DNA from: Candidatus Hodarchaeota archaeon
GTDB lineage: Archaea; Asgardarchaeota; Heimdallarchaeia; Hodarchaeales; Hodarchaeaceae
DNA: 64,000 bases
Assembly: GCA_016839815.1 (NCBI GenBank)
Contig: JAEOTM010000076.1
Span: 7,247 to 71,246, forward strand
Reading direction: 5' to 3'
Below the pieces are notes generated by a model, which made no database searches, was not told where the DNA came from, and saw only the letters and a program-made list of their open reading frames with translations. This document shows, piece by piece, positions 47,323 through 56,857 of the stretch (position 1 is the first letter of the stretch; each line of letters opens with the position of its first letter). The position numbers were made by a program, and so were the translations under genes.

Positions 47323-48233
47323 AGCTTGTTACACATACCGATTTAGATGGATTATGTTGTGCAGCACTATTTATTCGAAAATATGGTTCATCTATTGATA
47401 TCATTTATGCCACAGTACAAGAGGCTAAACAACTGTCTATCGATAATTTTCAAGCAAGTTATACCTGTGATTTACCTAAAGTATCGCAATCAGTAAATAT
47501 AGACCATCATAAAACCAATTTTAATGACCTAGTTACCTCAAATCGCTTAACAGAAAACGATAGGGTTGTACCAGAAGCTTCCTCCGCTACTGATCTTGTC
47601 TTTGAATATTTAGGATTTCAAAACGATCCAATTGCAGAAGAAATTAGGGAAATAGGGCATCTTGCAGATATAGCTCTCCTACCAGTGGAATACAAACCAC
47701 TTGATATTGTACTAAATCTAAATGTGGAAAATAAGCTAATACTAAGAGAAATTAGCGAGCTCTTAGCAGAGAATGGAAAAGATGTTTTACAGACTCCATG
47801 GTTGAAGAAAAAACATATAGAAGTTGTATTCATATATCAAGAGACTCATCAAGCCATTAGTAAGTTTTTAGAGGTTCACACAGTTATTCCACGGTTTGTA
47901 CTCATAGATTCACGTGATTTTATTCCTGGAAAGTTAGCTAAAGAGATTTTTAAACCATTGTTTGATCATGGAGCAGTTGTCATTGCTTTGATCTACAATA
48001 AAACAACCAATGAAATTCCAAGAATTAGTTTCCGAGTAACCAAGGCTGAGCAAGATAATTATGATGTTTCGGTTGTAGCCAGACATTTTGGTGGTGGTGG
48101 ACACCGTATGGCAGCTGCTTGTACTCCTAATCCCCACGATATCCCTGAAGAAGTCATGAACCAAATGAAAACAATCATGCTTCCTATCGATACTGTGGAG
48201 TTCCTTTCTCTTGACTTAAAATCGCAATTATGA
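47319..48233 (+). CDS. DHH/DHHA1-family phosphoesterase (NrnA/RecJ-like)
   Basis: THTDLDG (motif I), NIDHHKTN (DHH), FGGGGHRMAAA (DHHA1 GGGH). GTGA overlap with the protease stop. Confidence 0.8.
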   Translation: MKLVTHTDLDGLCCAALFIRKYGSSIDIIYATVQEAKQLSIDNFQASYTCDLPKVSQSVNIDHHKTNFNDLVTSNRLTENDRVVPEASSATDLVFEYLGFQNDPIAEEIREIGHLADIALLPVEYKPLDIVLNLNVENKLILREISELLAENGKDVLQTPWLKKKHIEVVFIYQETHQAISKFLEVHTVIPRFVLIDSRDFIPGKLAKEIFKPLFDHGAVVIALIYNKTTNEIPRISFRVTKAEQDNYDVSVVARHFGGGGHRMAAACTPNPHDIPEEVMNQMKTIMLPIDTVEFLSLDLKSQL

Positions 48234-48365
48234 AAAAAAAGCCCCAGAGTAAAATTCTAAGTTAATTATTCTGTATCAGATTAATAAATAAATCTACCGA
48301 GATTTTTAATAACCTTGGACTCTTGGCTACAAACCAGTAAAGCACGATATTACAGGTAAATCAAA

Positions 48366-49562
48366 TTGAAAATTGGTATTTTTACAGATTCATGGGTCCC
48401 TAATCTTAACGGTGTGGTCGTCTCTATTATCAACGAAATACAATCTCTAAAAAAGAACCACGAATTTGTCGTTTTTGCTCCAAAACTTAGAAAAAGCGTC
48501 CCGTTTCGAATTGAAGATGTTCCAATTTATGAGCTTCCAAGTGTTCCTTTTCCCCCGTATCCTGGGTATAATGTTGCTTTTCCGAGTGTTGGCCTTTCAA
48601 GAGTGTTACGTAAGGAAAAATTTGATCTTATCCATTGTCATTCCCCTTTTTCCCTTGGTTATTTCGCAACATTAACTGCAAGAAAATTTTATGATATTCC
48701 CCTACTTAATACCTACCATACACACTTGGTTGAATATTCTGCCCATTTGGTTGGGGGAATTTATGCAGACAAAATTACTGCATTACTGGAACAAGCAGTG
48801 TGGTTGTATATTCGTTGGTTCTATAAACACTCCGATGTAGTCGTTACTCCATCCAAAACACTCCAACACGATTTACTTGCTCATGGTGTGAAGCCTCCTG
48901 TGTATTCACTACCTAATATGATTTCTAAAGTATTTCTGACTAATACTAAAGACACAAATGAGGATATCGATCTTCAAAATAAAATTCGCGAGAAATATGG
49001 AATTAAACCCTCAACAAACATAATTATTTACTGTGGTCGCGTTTCATATGAGAAAAAGCTGGAAGTTATGCTGGAGGCTTATAAAAGTATTCAAGATTCA
49101 TTTCTGGATAGTTTTCTCTTGATTGTGGGTGATGGTCCTCATCTGCAAACGTATCAGAACATGGCTATTGAATTAAACCTTAAAAATTGCGCCTTCACGG
49201 GTTTTATAAGTCATACTAAACTTCCTGCTATATATCGAATGGCTAATTTTATGGTTACTCCAAGTGATACAGAAACTCAAGGTTTAACGGTCTTAGAAGC
49301 GATGAGTCAAAGTCTACCAGTAATAGGAGTCTCAGGAGGAGGTGTGGTAGACTATATTTTCCATAAAAGGAATGGGTTACTCTCTCCACCTGGAGAAGCA
49401 CAGGCCTTTGCGGAATCCATGAAAACTTTGCTTGAAGAGCCCGATACATTGAAATCATATTCAATAGCTGCGAAAAAAACCGCAACACAATTTTCTTCAA
49501 AAGGTTATACTTCTTTACTCGAAAAAGCATTCCGATTAGCTGTTCAACTCCACACAAAATAG
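48366..49562 (+). CDS. glycosyltransferase family 4 (GT-B)
   Basis: MKIGIFTDSW...NGV, IIYCGRVSYEKK, PSDTETQGLTVLEAMSQSLPVIG (E-x7-E region). TTG start. Confidence 0.85.
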   Translation: MKIGIFTDSWVPNLNGVVVSIINEIQSLKKNHEFVVFAPKLRKSVPFRIEDVPIYELPSVPFPPYPGYNVAFPSVGLSRVLRKEKFDLIHCHSPFSLGYFATLTARKFYDIPLLNTYHTHLVEYSAHLVGGIYADKITALLEQAVWLYIRWFYKHSDVVVTPSKTLQHDLLAHGVKPPVYSLPNMISKVFLTNTKDTNEDIDLQNKIREKYGIKPSTNIIIYCGRVSYEKKLEVMLEAYKSIQDSFLDSFLLIVGDGPHLQTYQNMAIELNLKNCAFTGFISHTKLPAIYRMANFMVTPSDTETQGLTVLEAMSQSLPVIGVSGGGVVDYIFHKRNGLLSPPGEAQAFAESMKTLLEEPDTLKSYSIAAKKTATQFSSKGYTSLLEKAFRLAVQLHTK

Positions 49563-49704
49563 TGGTAAGCAATTTCAACTCGTTCCCTCTATTTCATACT
49601 TCCGACTCATAGCTTAAGTTGGGAAATAGCTTTTTATTACGTCCATTTCTGATAGTTAGAATACAAACAACTTATTTATATCAGAAGAAAACTTAATAGA
49701 AGAT

Positions 49705-50151
49705 GTGACAATTATGGCCTTACAACAAAACAACACTAGTGACATTGAAACTCTGTTATTGCTAATTATTGCTGTTGTGCTTGTTACTATAATTTTGTAT
49801 TTTGGAGCACGCTTGATAGCAGGTAAGAAAAATACTGATACTGGTTATATAATCCGGTTACTGGTCATTGCGCTTATTATCGTAATTTTGGTCGCTGTGG
49901 TCATTGGAGCAATTGTTGGTGCTGTTAATGAAATACCCTTTGTTTCAACAGCAGCATATCAATTAGTACCAGTATTGATTTACCTAGCCATTGTGTATTT
50001 ACTCAAATTTTTGCTTATTCCCGAGAAATCCGAATCAACCAATTGGCATGCTTCAGTTTGGATTGCGGTGATTACTTTATTCTTGATCTATTTAATAAAC
50101 GCCATTGCGATTGAGTTAAGTTTTCCTCCACTAATTGATGCGGGTGTTTAA
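49705..50151 (+). CDS. hypothetical membrane protein (4 TM)
   Basis: 148-aa ORF with four hydrophobic helices. No family recognised. Confidence 0.45.
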   Translation: MTIMALQQNNTSDIETLLLLIIAVVLVTIILYFGARLIAGKKNTDTGYIIRLLVIALIIVILVAVVIGAIVGAVNEIPFVSTAAYQLVPVLIYLAIVYLLKFLLIPEKSESTNWHASVWIAVITLFLIYLINAIAIELSFPPLIDAGV

Positions 50152-50157
50152 CTCCCC

Positions 50158-50176
50158 TTTTTTCCTTTTTTTTTAT
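50158..50176 (+). terminator. oligo-T tract (archaeal-type termination signal) after 49705..50151
   Basis: ccccTTTTTTccTTTTTTTTTa begins 7 nt after the stop codon and is followed by a complementary A-rich run (aaaaaagaaaaaaa). Confidence 0.35.
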
Positions 50177-50318
50177 TGAAAAAAGAAAAAAATTCTATCT
50201 ACTGAATTCTTCAAGAAAAAACTTCAAATAGATTTCATTAAAAAAGATCTTGAATCTAACTAGTTCAGATTATAAAATCATCCAGCTATTTGACAACTAA
50301 TGGATAGGTCAAGTTAAA

Positions 50319-51137
50319 ATGCACAAATTCCCACGTTCAACCTCCAGATATTCAAGTTATCCTCTAGGTCTTCTTCGATCCTTAGTCGTGATTTCTGATT
50401 GGGTTTCTTTTACAGATACCTCTGGAGAAATGGAAACGCAATGGACTTACAAGAACCAATCTATCAATTCAATCAAAAATGCCAGTGTGATCTTTATCCC
50501 AGTTGATTTCTCTCGTGTAATCCAAGGAAATACTTCGTATATACTGTTATATGGAGCTGGTATATATTGGACCAATTTTTCCATAACAAGTCCCCATTCT
50601 TTTACAACCGATCATCGATACTTGACTGGCCTTTTACTACCAGAGAATAAATGGCTTGATAATCATTTTAATACTGAACCTTTTATTTTCCCTCCTGGAA
50701 ATGACTTTATCGCCAGTGATCATCTCTTAGAATTTCCCTTCACCTCTTTAGGAGAACAAACTGATATCGCTGGTCAAAGAAAACGTGCATTTGGCCGAGG
50801 GATTATCCTTGCCCAGTTGGTTTTTCCTTTTAAAGAACCCCTTCTACTGTTACGAAAAGCAACAGAAGGATATAATGAGTTTGATTCCCCGGATTCACCT
50901 ATGCGGGTACTGATTTCCGAATTCGATAATGGACAGCGAAAAAATCAAATCACTCTTGAAAAAATGATTCCCTCTTATGAAATAACCATTCCAGGAGTTA
51001 ATTCAATTAATGCTGATCTTCTAGATTTCTTCCCAAACAAATGGAGTAATGAAATTTACCTACATGGTTTACGTAAAGAAGTTGCGAAAATTGCTAAGGA
51101 TTTCGCATTTATTGGTGCTCCTCTTATCTTAAAATAA
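50319..51137 (+). CDS. hypothetical protein
   Basis: 272-aa ORF with no TM segment and no recognisable motif. Confidence 0.45.
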   Translation: MHKFPRSTSRYSSYPLGLLRSLVVISDWVSFTDTSGEMETQWTYKNQSINSIKNASVIFIPVDFSRVIQGNTSYILLYGAGIYWTNFSITSPHSFTTDHRYLTGLLLPENKWLDNHFNTEPFIFPPGNDFIASDHLLEFPFTSLGEQTDIAGQRKRAFGRGIILAQLVFPFKEPLLLLRKATEGYNEFDSPDSPMRVLISEFDNGQRKNQITLEKMIPSYEITIPGVNSINADLLDFFPNKWSNEIYLHGLRKEVAKIAKDFAFIGAPLILK

Positions 51138-51280
51138 TTCTCAGAAAATATCTGATTCTAATCAAAAGAAGCACAAATTCAACCTTAAAACTCAATTTCC
51201 TATTGCAGAATATTTATATTTGACAATTCCATTTGTGAACCTATTTTATAGAATTAAATACAATACATGGTTTAAATCTA

Positions 51281-51562
51281 TTGGAACTCCCCTCTGAATG
51301 GAATTCATCTGGGAAAATTATGATTGGGAAGGGACATCTTCCAAATCCTAATTCAGAAGGAGGCAAAGATTATGATGCGTTTAGTAATACCCTTGGGGGT
51401 AATAGTTTAACTCAATTTGATAAGTTTTCTCTTGAATATTCTACAGATTCAGATCCTCCTTTCATCACACCCTCTGTAAGTTTTAGTTATTTCTTACTAT
51501 CCCTGGTCATCATTAGTTGGTTTTCCAAATCTCATAGAAAAAATAAAGACTATAAGAGATAA
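51281..51562 (+). CDS. hypothetical small protein with C-terminal TM + basic tail
   Basis: TTG start (alternative ATG 39 nt downstream). Ends ...FSYFLLSLVIISWFSKSHRKNKDYKR. No N-terminal signal, so it may be a fragment. Confidence 0.3.
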   Translation: MELPSEWNSSGKIMIGKGHLPNPNSEGGKDYDAFSNTLGGNSLTQFDKFSLEYSTDSDPPFITPSVSFSYFLLSLVIISWFSKSHRKNKDYKR

Positions 51563-51628
51563 AAACTTTTAAGAGTAATTGGTCGCTAGACATTCATCAA
51601 TTTTAATCGCAGTTAGGCCGTTTGAGAT

Positions 51629-51964
51629 ATGTCACTCCTCTGGACTGAAGATCAAACAGATTTATTAAATTACTCTTTAAGAAATTTCTTAATGGCTTTA
51701 CATAGTATTGATAGATTCAAGTCAAAATATTATTACTTGGCTACACCTTTCAGTAGGGGCTACAGATTTTTTGATGTAGAAAATAGCTCACTGCAAGAAA
51801 CAATAATTTATGCTTTAGAAATTCTTAATGAACAAGAAATTGATCGAATTAATGTAGAAAACGATGGTGGGTTCCCTATACTGACAATTTTCTTAGAATC
51901 TGGTCCTACAATCATAATAGAGGATTATGTATCGGGCAAACCTCTAGCAAATGTAAAACTATAG
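51629..51964 (+). CDS. hypothetical protein
   Basis: 111-aa ORF. No family recognised. Confidence 0.4.
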   Translation: MSLLWTEDQTDLLNYSLRNFLMALHSIDRFKSKYYYLATPFSRGYRFFDVENSSLQETIIYALEILNEQEIDRINVENDGGFPILTIFLESGPTIIIEDYVSGKPLANVKL

Positions 51965-51999
51965 CTTCGAGGGAATGTTTCTACAAATCAAGCATAATA

Positions 52000-52524
52000 T
52001 TACGATTCCGAATTTTTTAAACTTAACCGTAGTAGATCTGTGCTTGCAGAGCGAACTTGGTCGAATTTAGAAAAACCCATGGATAAATAGAAGTTCATCG
52101 CAGCATCATTATTCTGTTGTACACCCAATTCAATGGATTTGATGCCATTTTGTCTGCACTCATTAATTAGGAATGTCATTATCTGATAACCAATATTCTG
52201 CCGTTGCCATGCTTTCTTTAATACAATAGATGTAATCCATAATGTATCTACTTCTTTATTCATCCAGAGAAAACCGATTTTTTGATCGGAAATCTGAATG
52301 AGCTGAATAAGATGAGAATCAAGGCTAAATGCTTCAGTAATATCGTTATACCAACTTTCCCACCTGAACCTACCTTTCCATGCTTCATTAACAATTTTAT
52401 CCATTTCGGTGCGCAATAGGCCCTTGATAAATTCCATATCATTCAAAGTAGCCTTTTTTAACAAAATTGGAGGATCCTCTGAAATATATACTTCTTCAGT
52501 AGACAGCATCTTGATAAGTCTCAT
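52000..52524 (-). CDS. GNAT-family N-acetyltransferase
   Basis: VLKKAWQRQNIGYQIMTFLINECRQNGIKSIELGVQQNNDAAMNFYLSMGF. I prefer an internal Met (52524 or 52509) because the track start 52665 overlaps the divergent GT4 gene. Confidence 0.7.
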   Translation of the reverse strand: MRLIKMLSTEEVYISEDPPILLKKATLNDMEFIKGLLRTEMDKIVNEAWKGRFRWESWYNDITEAFSLDSHLIQLIQISDQKIGFLWMNKEVDTLWITSIVLKKAWQRQNIGYQIMTFLINECRQNGIKSIELGVQQNNDAAMNFYLSMGFSKFDQVRSASTDLLRLSLKNSES

Positions 52525-52665
52525 TACTAAAGAGAAAGCATTTGTTATCAATAAAAAAAATTGATTGCATTTAAAAATTATCGGCTTTTCCACGATTTCA
52601 TTAATGATTTCAGGTACATAGTTGTAGAATGAGTTCTTGTTTAAAGGGAAGTGTTTAGTCATCAA

Positions 52666-53694
52666 ATGAAGGTTAATTTCATTCTCGATATGGAGAAAGG
52701 TCTAGTAGGAAGTGGAGTTTATAACTCTGCGGTCCGCCTAGCTAAACAATTAGAAACTTTTGGGATAAAGACTGATATTAATGGAAAAAATCCTCCTTAT
52801 GATATTTATCACTTTCAAACTGCTCTTCCCCAATCATTATTACGGGCTAGAATCTTAAACCGACGTACACACCGAAAATATAAAATAATCATGACTGGCC
52901 ATACGACTATTGAAGATTTCCGCAATAGCTTTCTTTTTTCAAATAAAATTGATTATGCTTTGACCCCCTACTTAACGAAATACTATTCATATGCTGATTT
53001 CTTGGTTGCAGTTAGCGATTACAATAAAACGATTTTATTAAGATATGGTTTTCATCCTTCGATTATCCAAGTAATTTCTAACGGAATAGACCTTTCAACT
53101 AATCGAAAAAACGCTGTAATCCGCAAAAATGCTAGAAAGCGCCTTGGTTTAAATGAAAAAACATTTCTCATAATTTCTGTAGGATTATGTATTTATCGGA
53201 AGGCCCCTGATGTTTTTACAGAAACGGCATTGAAGACTCCTGACCACAAATTTATGTGGATTGGTAAGTACCTTCCTCTGGGTACGATTGCTCATTCTCC
53301 TTATCTTCGGAAATATTTCAGGAAAGCAAAAAAATCTTCAAACATGCAATTTACAGGTTATATTTCAAAAGCAACACTAGAAGCACTATGGAATGCAGCT
53401 GATATTTTTCTTTATGTCAGTCGGGAGGAAAATCAGGGTATTGCTCTACTTGAAAGTATTGCATATGGAAATATCCCAATAGTCAGAGATCATCCTGTAT
53501 TTGATTGGCTTACACATGGAAAAAACTGTTTAAAAGGGAAAAATCCGGTTGATTTTTCAGACCACATTGTCAAGCTTTCCTCAAATAAATCTCTTCAATC
53601 TAAATTAGTGAAACAAAGCAATAAAACATTATTGAAGCATGATATTAATAAATCAATTCAAGAACTCGCTGATTTATACACTGAACTTGTATAG
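52666..53694 (+). CDS. glycosyltransferase family 4 (GT-B)
   Basis: MKVNFILD...GSGVY start at ATG 52666. ISVGLCIYRKAPD, VSREENQGIALLESIAYGNIPIV. Confidence 0.8.
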   Translation: MKVNFILDMEKGLVGSGVYNSAVRLAKQLETFGIKTDINGKNPPYDIYHFQTALPQSLLRARILNRRTHRKYKIIMTGHTTIEDFRNSFLFSNKIDYALTPYLTKYYSYADFLVAVSDYNKTILLRYGFHPSIIQVISNGIDLSTNRKNAVIRKNARKRLGLNEKTFLIISVGLCIYRKAPDVFTETALKTPDHKFMWIGKYLPLGTIAHSPYLRKYFRKAKKSSNMQFTGYISKATLEALWNAADIFLYVSREENQGIALLESIAYGNIPIVRDHPVFDWLTHGKNCLKGKNPVDFSDHIVKLSSNKSLQSKLVKQSNKTLLKHDINKSIQELADLYTELV

Positions 53695-53769
53695 CTTGCA
53701 CGAAGGCCTTTTAAGATTAAGAGAAAAAGAAAATAGAGTGTTGGTAAATTTCATCACTCATTTTTGGAT

Positions 53770-56661
53770 TTAGGATTTATTTATCCTAAACATAAGTCCA
53801 GCTCCAATTACACTCAGAGCGATAAAGATACCAAATCCAGCAATGCCAACAAAAATATCAAAAAAGTCTAGTTCGTCACCTGTAGGATCGTCACGCTCTA
53901 ATACTGTGAATTCGATTGACCCGAGAGGTTCAGTTCTACCCGACACAAAAATTTCGATATTGTAATTCTTTGCCTCCATGGAACTATCGACAACGATGTC
54001 TATAAAGTATACTCCCTGTTGTTCATAAACAATAAGATTTGCATCTAGATTTCCACCTATTAAAGATGAGATTAAATCTAAGCCTCCAATTCGTTTCTCA
54101 GTATCGGAAAGTTCCACCGTGAAATTGACGGTGACTTGTTCACCTTGAGTAACTGTAGGGGTTGATGAAGGAGGAATTATTTCAAGAGTTCCTTGAATAG
54201 ATATCGATAATTGTGTTATTGCAACTTCAGCAAAACTTGTTGCATTCTGTGAGTAAGGAGTATTCCATCGAATACGAAAAGTGTATGTTCCAATTTCCAG
54301 ATTTGGATCAATAAAATCAAACCATAAGATCGTATTTCCAACATGATGAGAATGGAATTCTTGGGCAATCTCAACATTTAGGGGGGTAGTTCCTGTTTCA
54401 TCAAGAAAGAGTACTAAATCGAGGTCGGTAATTGGAATATCAAGGACCGAACTAATATTTCTTGCTGGGAAATTCGTTTCTAAGGTATTATTTATATTTA
54501 GAAACTCTAAAGTGACATTTCCACCAATGTAATCAGTTAAGTAAAAATCAGTCGTAGGAAGGTGTTCTTCCGTTACATTGATCAGAAACTCGACTCTTGG
54601 TAAGTCGATTGGTATAACAAGAGACAAAACTGGTTCTCCGACTCCGTTTGGTTTAACATTTGACGATACGAGGTTTAACGAAATATTTCCTGTTATATTT
54701 CCAAAAATTCCTCGGTTAGGGACCTGAAAATTAATTGCAAACGTTTGTGTGTTATTTAAAGGATGTGTAAAATTACCATCAACAACGTATTCACCATCAA
54801 TATTATGAGGGATAAATCCAAAAACATCCCAGGTAATTACTTCCTTTGATTTCCACTCACTTTCCCATTGATATTTCGTAAAGGCTTGACCGATTTCTAG
54901 ATATTCAAGGTCATACCATTCAGTGGGTGTAGAATTTGCTTCTAAATATCCCAAAATTGTTACGTTATCACCAGGAGATATCGAACTAATTTCAGTCTCC
55001 TGTGAAAAGTACTCAGTAAAAACTGATTCATTTGCCACAGTTTTATTTGTTGAACCTCGTAAGAGGTAGTAATCCTGAATTTTGAAATTCATAGGTTCTT
55101 CAACAACAAATGAGATATTTATTGTTTGAGTTTGAATTTCTGTGGGAGGTTCACCCGTGTCAATTTGGTGGATTTTAAATAGAAAGATCCAAGAACCCAT
55201 ATAAATTTGATGACTAGGTAATTGTACCTTCATTTCAGCACGAACGTCTGATGCAACGGTTACATTTTCGGGAGAATCAACATCAATCTCAAAAGTACTT
55301 GATAAATCTTCTCTAAAACCTTGATGGAACCACGTTGAATTGATGTAATTACTATAATGATTTTTCACGTTTGAAATTGGCCCTGTAAATGATTCAGTTT
55401 CTGTGACAATATTTACTGCAATATTATCTATCAGCCAATATCCAGTTTTATTATTGGCAAAGGAATTAGTATCTAACAATATAAAACGCATGGTTTTCGT
55501 ATTTGAAGGCATTGATGATTCGGTATTAAAATAAAACTCTGCTTCTTCCCACGTGTGTGTATCGAGTTCAAGAGTCTCGTTCTTCCATATATCGTTGGTA
55601 CCATAGGAAAAAACTAATTTGGGTGGAGTTTCTGATAGGATGAAAGAATCTATAAATCCTGTATAATATTCATCACCTTGACTACCCGTATCTCTTCCAA
55701 CAAAAATTGCCTTAACTGATGTGGTATTCTCTGGTAGTGTGTACTGTAAAATTCCATGAGTATACCCCTTTTCATCAGGTTCATGATTTCGCGAGTCATC
55801 AGAGCCAGAGGAAATCCAATCAATCATATCTCCAGTTGAATTTAGGGCTTCTAAGCGAAGATACCAATAATTTGCATCAGTATTACCAGTTGCTCGCGCC
55901 GATAAAGTAACCGTTCGACCTGCAGTAAAACCTAGTACCGTTTGATTGAGGATGAAGCCTTCGGTTGCATTGATACTGGCATGATAGTCACCCTGACTAG
56001 CATTTTTCGGACTGTTAATTACAGTAAGATTACTTCCAGTCCATCCAGTTGTGTCTCCAGTTTCAAAACTTGGATTTACTAACATATTTTCTCCTTGAGA
56101 ATAATAATCAAAGGTTACACGATATTTTGTATTTGTTGCTAAAGCGGAATTATTGTTATAAATTTCTATCGCATCGAGATCAGGATCTGCTTCTTCTGTA
56201 ATATTTAAATAGCCATCAACGGCTGAAATGTAATCGAAACCGTCATTTTCCCAATCAGTAGTAATACCTGCATCAAATTCAGGGTCTACAAATACATCTT
56301 GATAATAGCTCTTGAAATCAAAGCTTACTTCGCTAATAGGAGATTCTACTCGCCATTCGAGCGATCCATTCATTTCATCAGTATCACTTTCAGCTGTTAT
56401 CGTCACCCAATCCCCTGGAGCATATGTATCGGCGTCTGTGGTTAAAGTTGTGCGTCCAGAAGTCACTTGAGAACCTATTTTGTAATTAGGGGAATAACCA
56501 GAAGATTCTGGATGAATTTTCTCCTGTGGTGATTGAAGTTGATTCACAAGGTCTTGGTTGAAGGAAAAAGAAGTCTGTTGAGTTTGACCATAGATTCCGA
56601 CAATAAACAACAAAATTATACTTAATGGAATGATCTTATTTTGGATTTTCATTGATTTCAC
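53770..56661 (-). CDS. large (963 aa) cell-surface protein with CBM4_9/galactose-binding-like module and C-terminal TM anchor
   Basis: N-terminal signal. NPSFETGDTTGWTGSN...GDYHASINATEG...TLSARATGN is CBM4_9-like. Many N-x-S/T sequons. C-terminal FVGIAGFGIFIALSVIGAGLMFRINKS. Confidence 0.7.
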   Translation of the reverse strand: MKSMKIQNKIIPLSIILLFIVGIYGQTQQTSFSFNQDLVNQLQSPQEKIHPESSGYSPNYKIGSQVTSGRTTLTTDADTYAPGDWVTITAESDTDEMNGSLEWRVESPISEVSFDFKSYYQDVFVDPEFDAGITTDWENDGFDYISAVDGYLNITEEADPDLDAIEIYNNNSALATNTKYRVTFDYYSQGENMLVNPSFETGDTTGWTGSNLTVINSPKNASQGDYHASINATEGFILNQTVLGFTAGRTVTLSARATGNTDANYWYLRLEALNSTGDMIDWISSGSDDSRNHEPDEKGYTHGILQYTLPENTTSVKAIFVGRDTGSQGDEYYTGFIDSFILSETPPKLVFSYGTNDIWKNETLELDTHTWEEAEFYFNTESSMPSNTKTMRFILLDTNSFANNKTGYWLIDNIAVNIVTETESFTGPISNVKNHYSNYINSTWFHQGFREDLSSTFEIDVDSPENVTVASDVRAEMKVQLPSHQIYMGSWIFLFKIHQIDTGEPPTEIQTQTINISFVVEEPMNFKIQDYYLLRGSTNKTVANESVFTEYFSQETEISSISPGDNVTILGYLEANSTPTEWYDLEYLEIGQAFTKYQWESEWKSKEVITWDVFGFIPHNIDGEYVVDGNFTHPLNNTQTFAINFQVPNRGIFGNITGNISLNLVSSNVKPNGVGEPVLSLVIPIDLPRVEFLINVTEEHLPTTDFYLTDYIGGNVTLEFLNINNTLETNFPARNISSVLDIPITDLDLVLFLDETGTTPLNVEIAQEFHSHHVGNTILWFDFIDPNLEIGTYTFRIRWNTPYSQNATSFAEVAITQLSISIQGTLEIIPPSSTPTVTQGEQVTVNFTVELSDTEKRIGGLDLISSLIGGNLDANLIVYEQQGVYFIDIVVDSSMEAKNYNIEIFVSGRTEPLGSIEFTVLERDDPTGDELDFFDIFVGIAGFGIFIALSVIGAGLMFRINKS

Positions 56662-56857
56662 AGCAATCGATCTTGTTCAAGATATTTCACAATTCTCTGG
56701 GAAGACTGGTCTTCCAAGATCTATCTGGAGGGTTTTAGTAAATGGTTTTTAACTTTACCAATCTCTTAGTTCCAAAACGTGAATACTCGTTACTTGGAAA
56801 ATTAGATGATATATCAAAAATTTTAAGAAATTTCAATAACCTCATAAGATTGAGATT

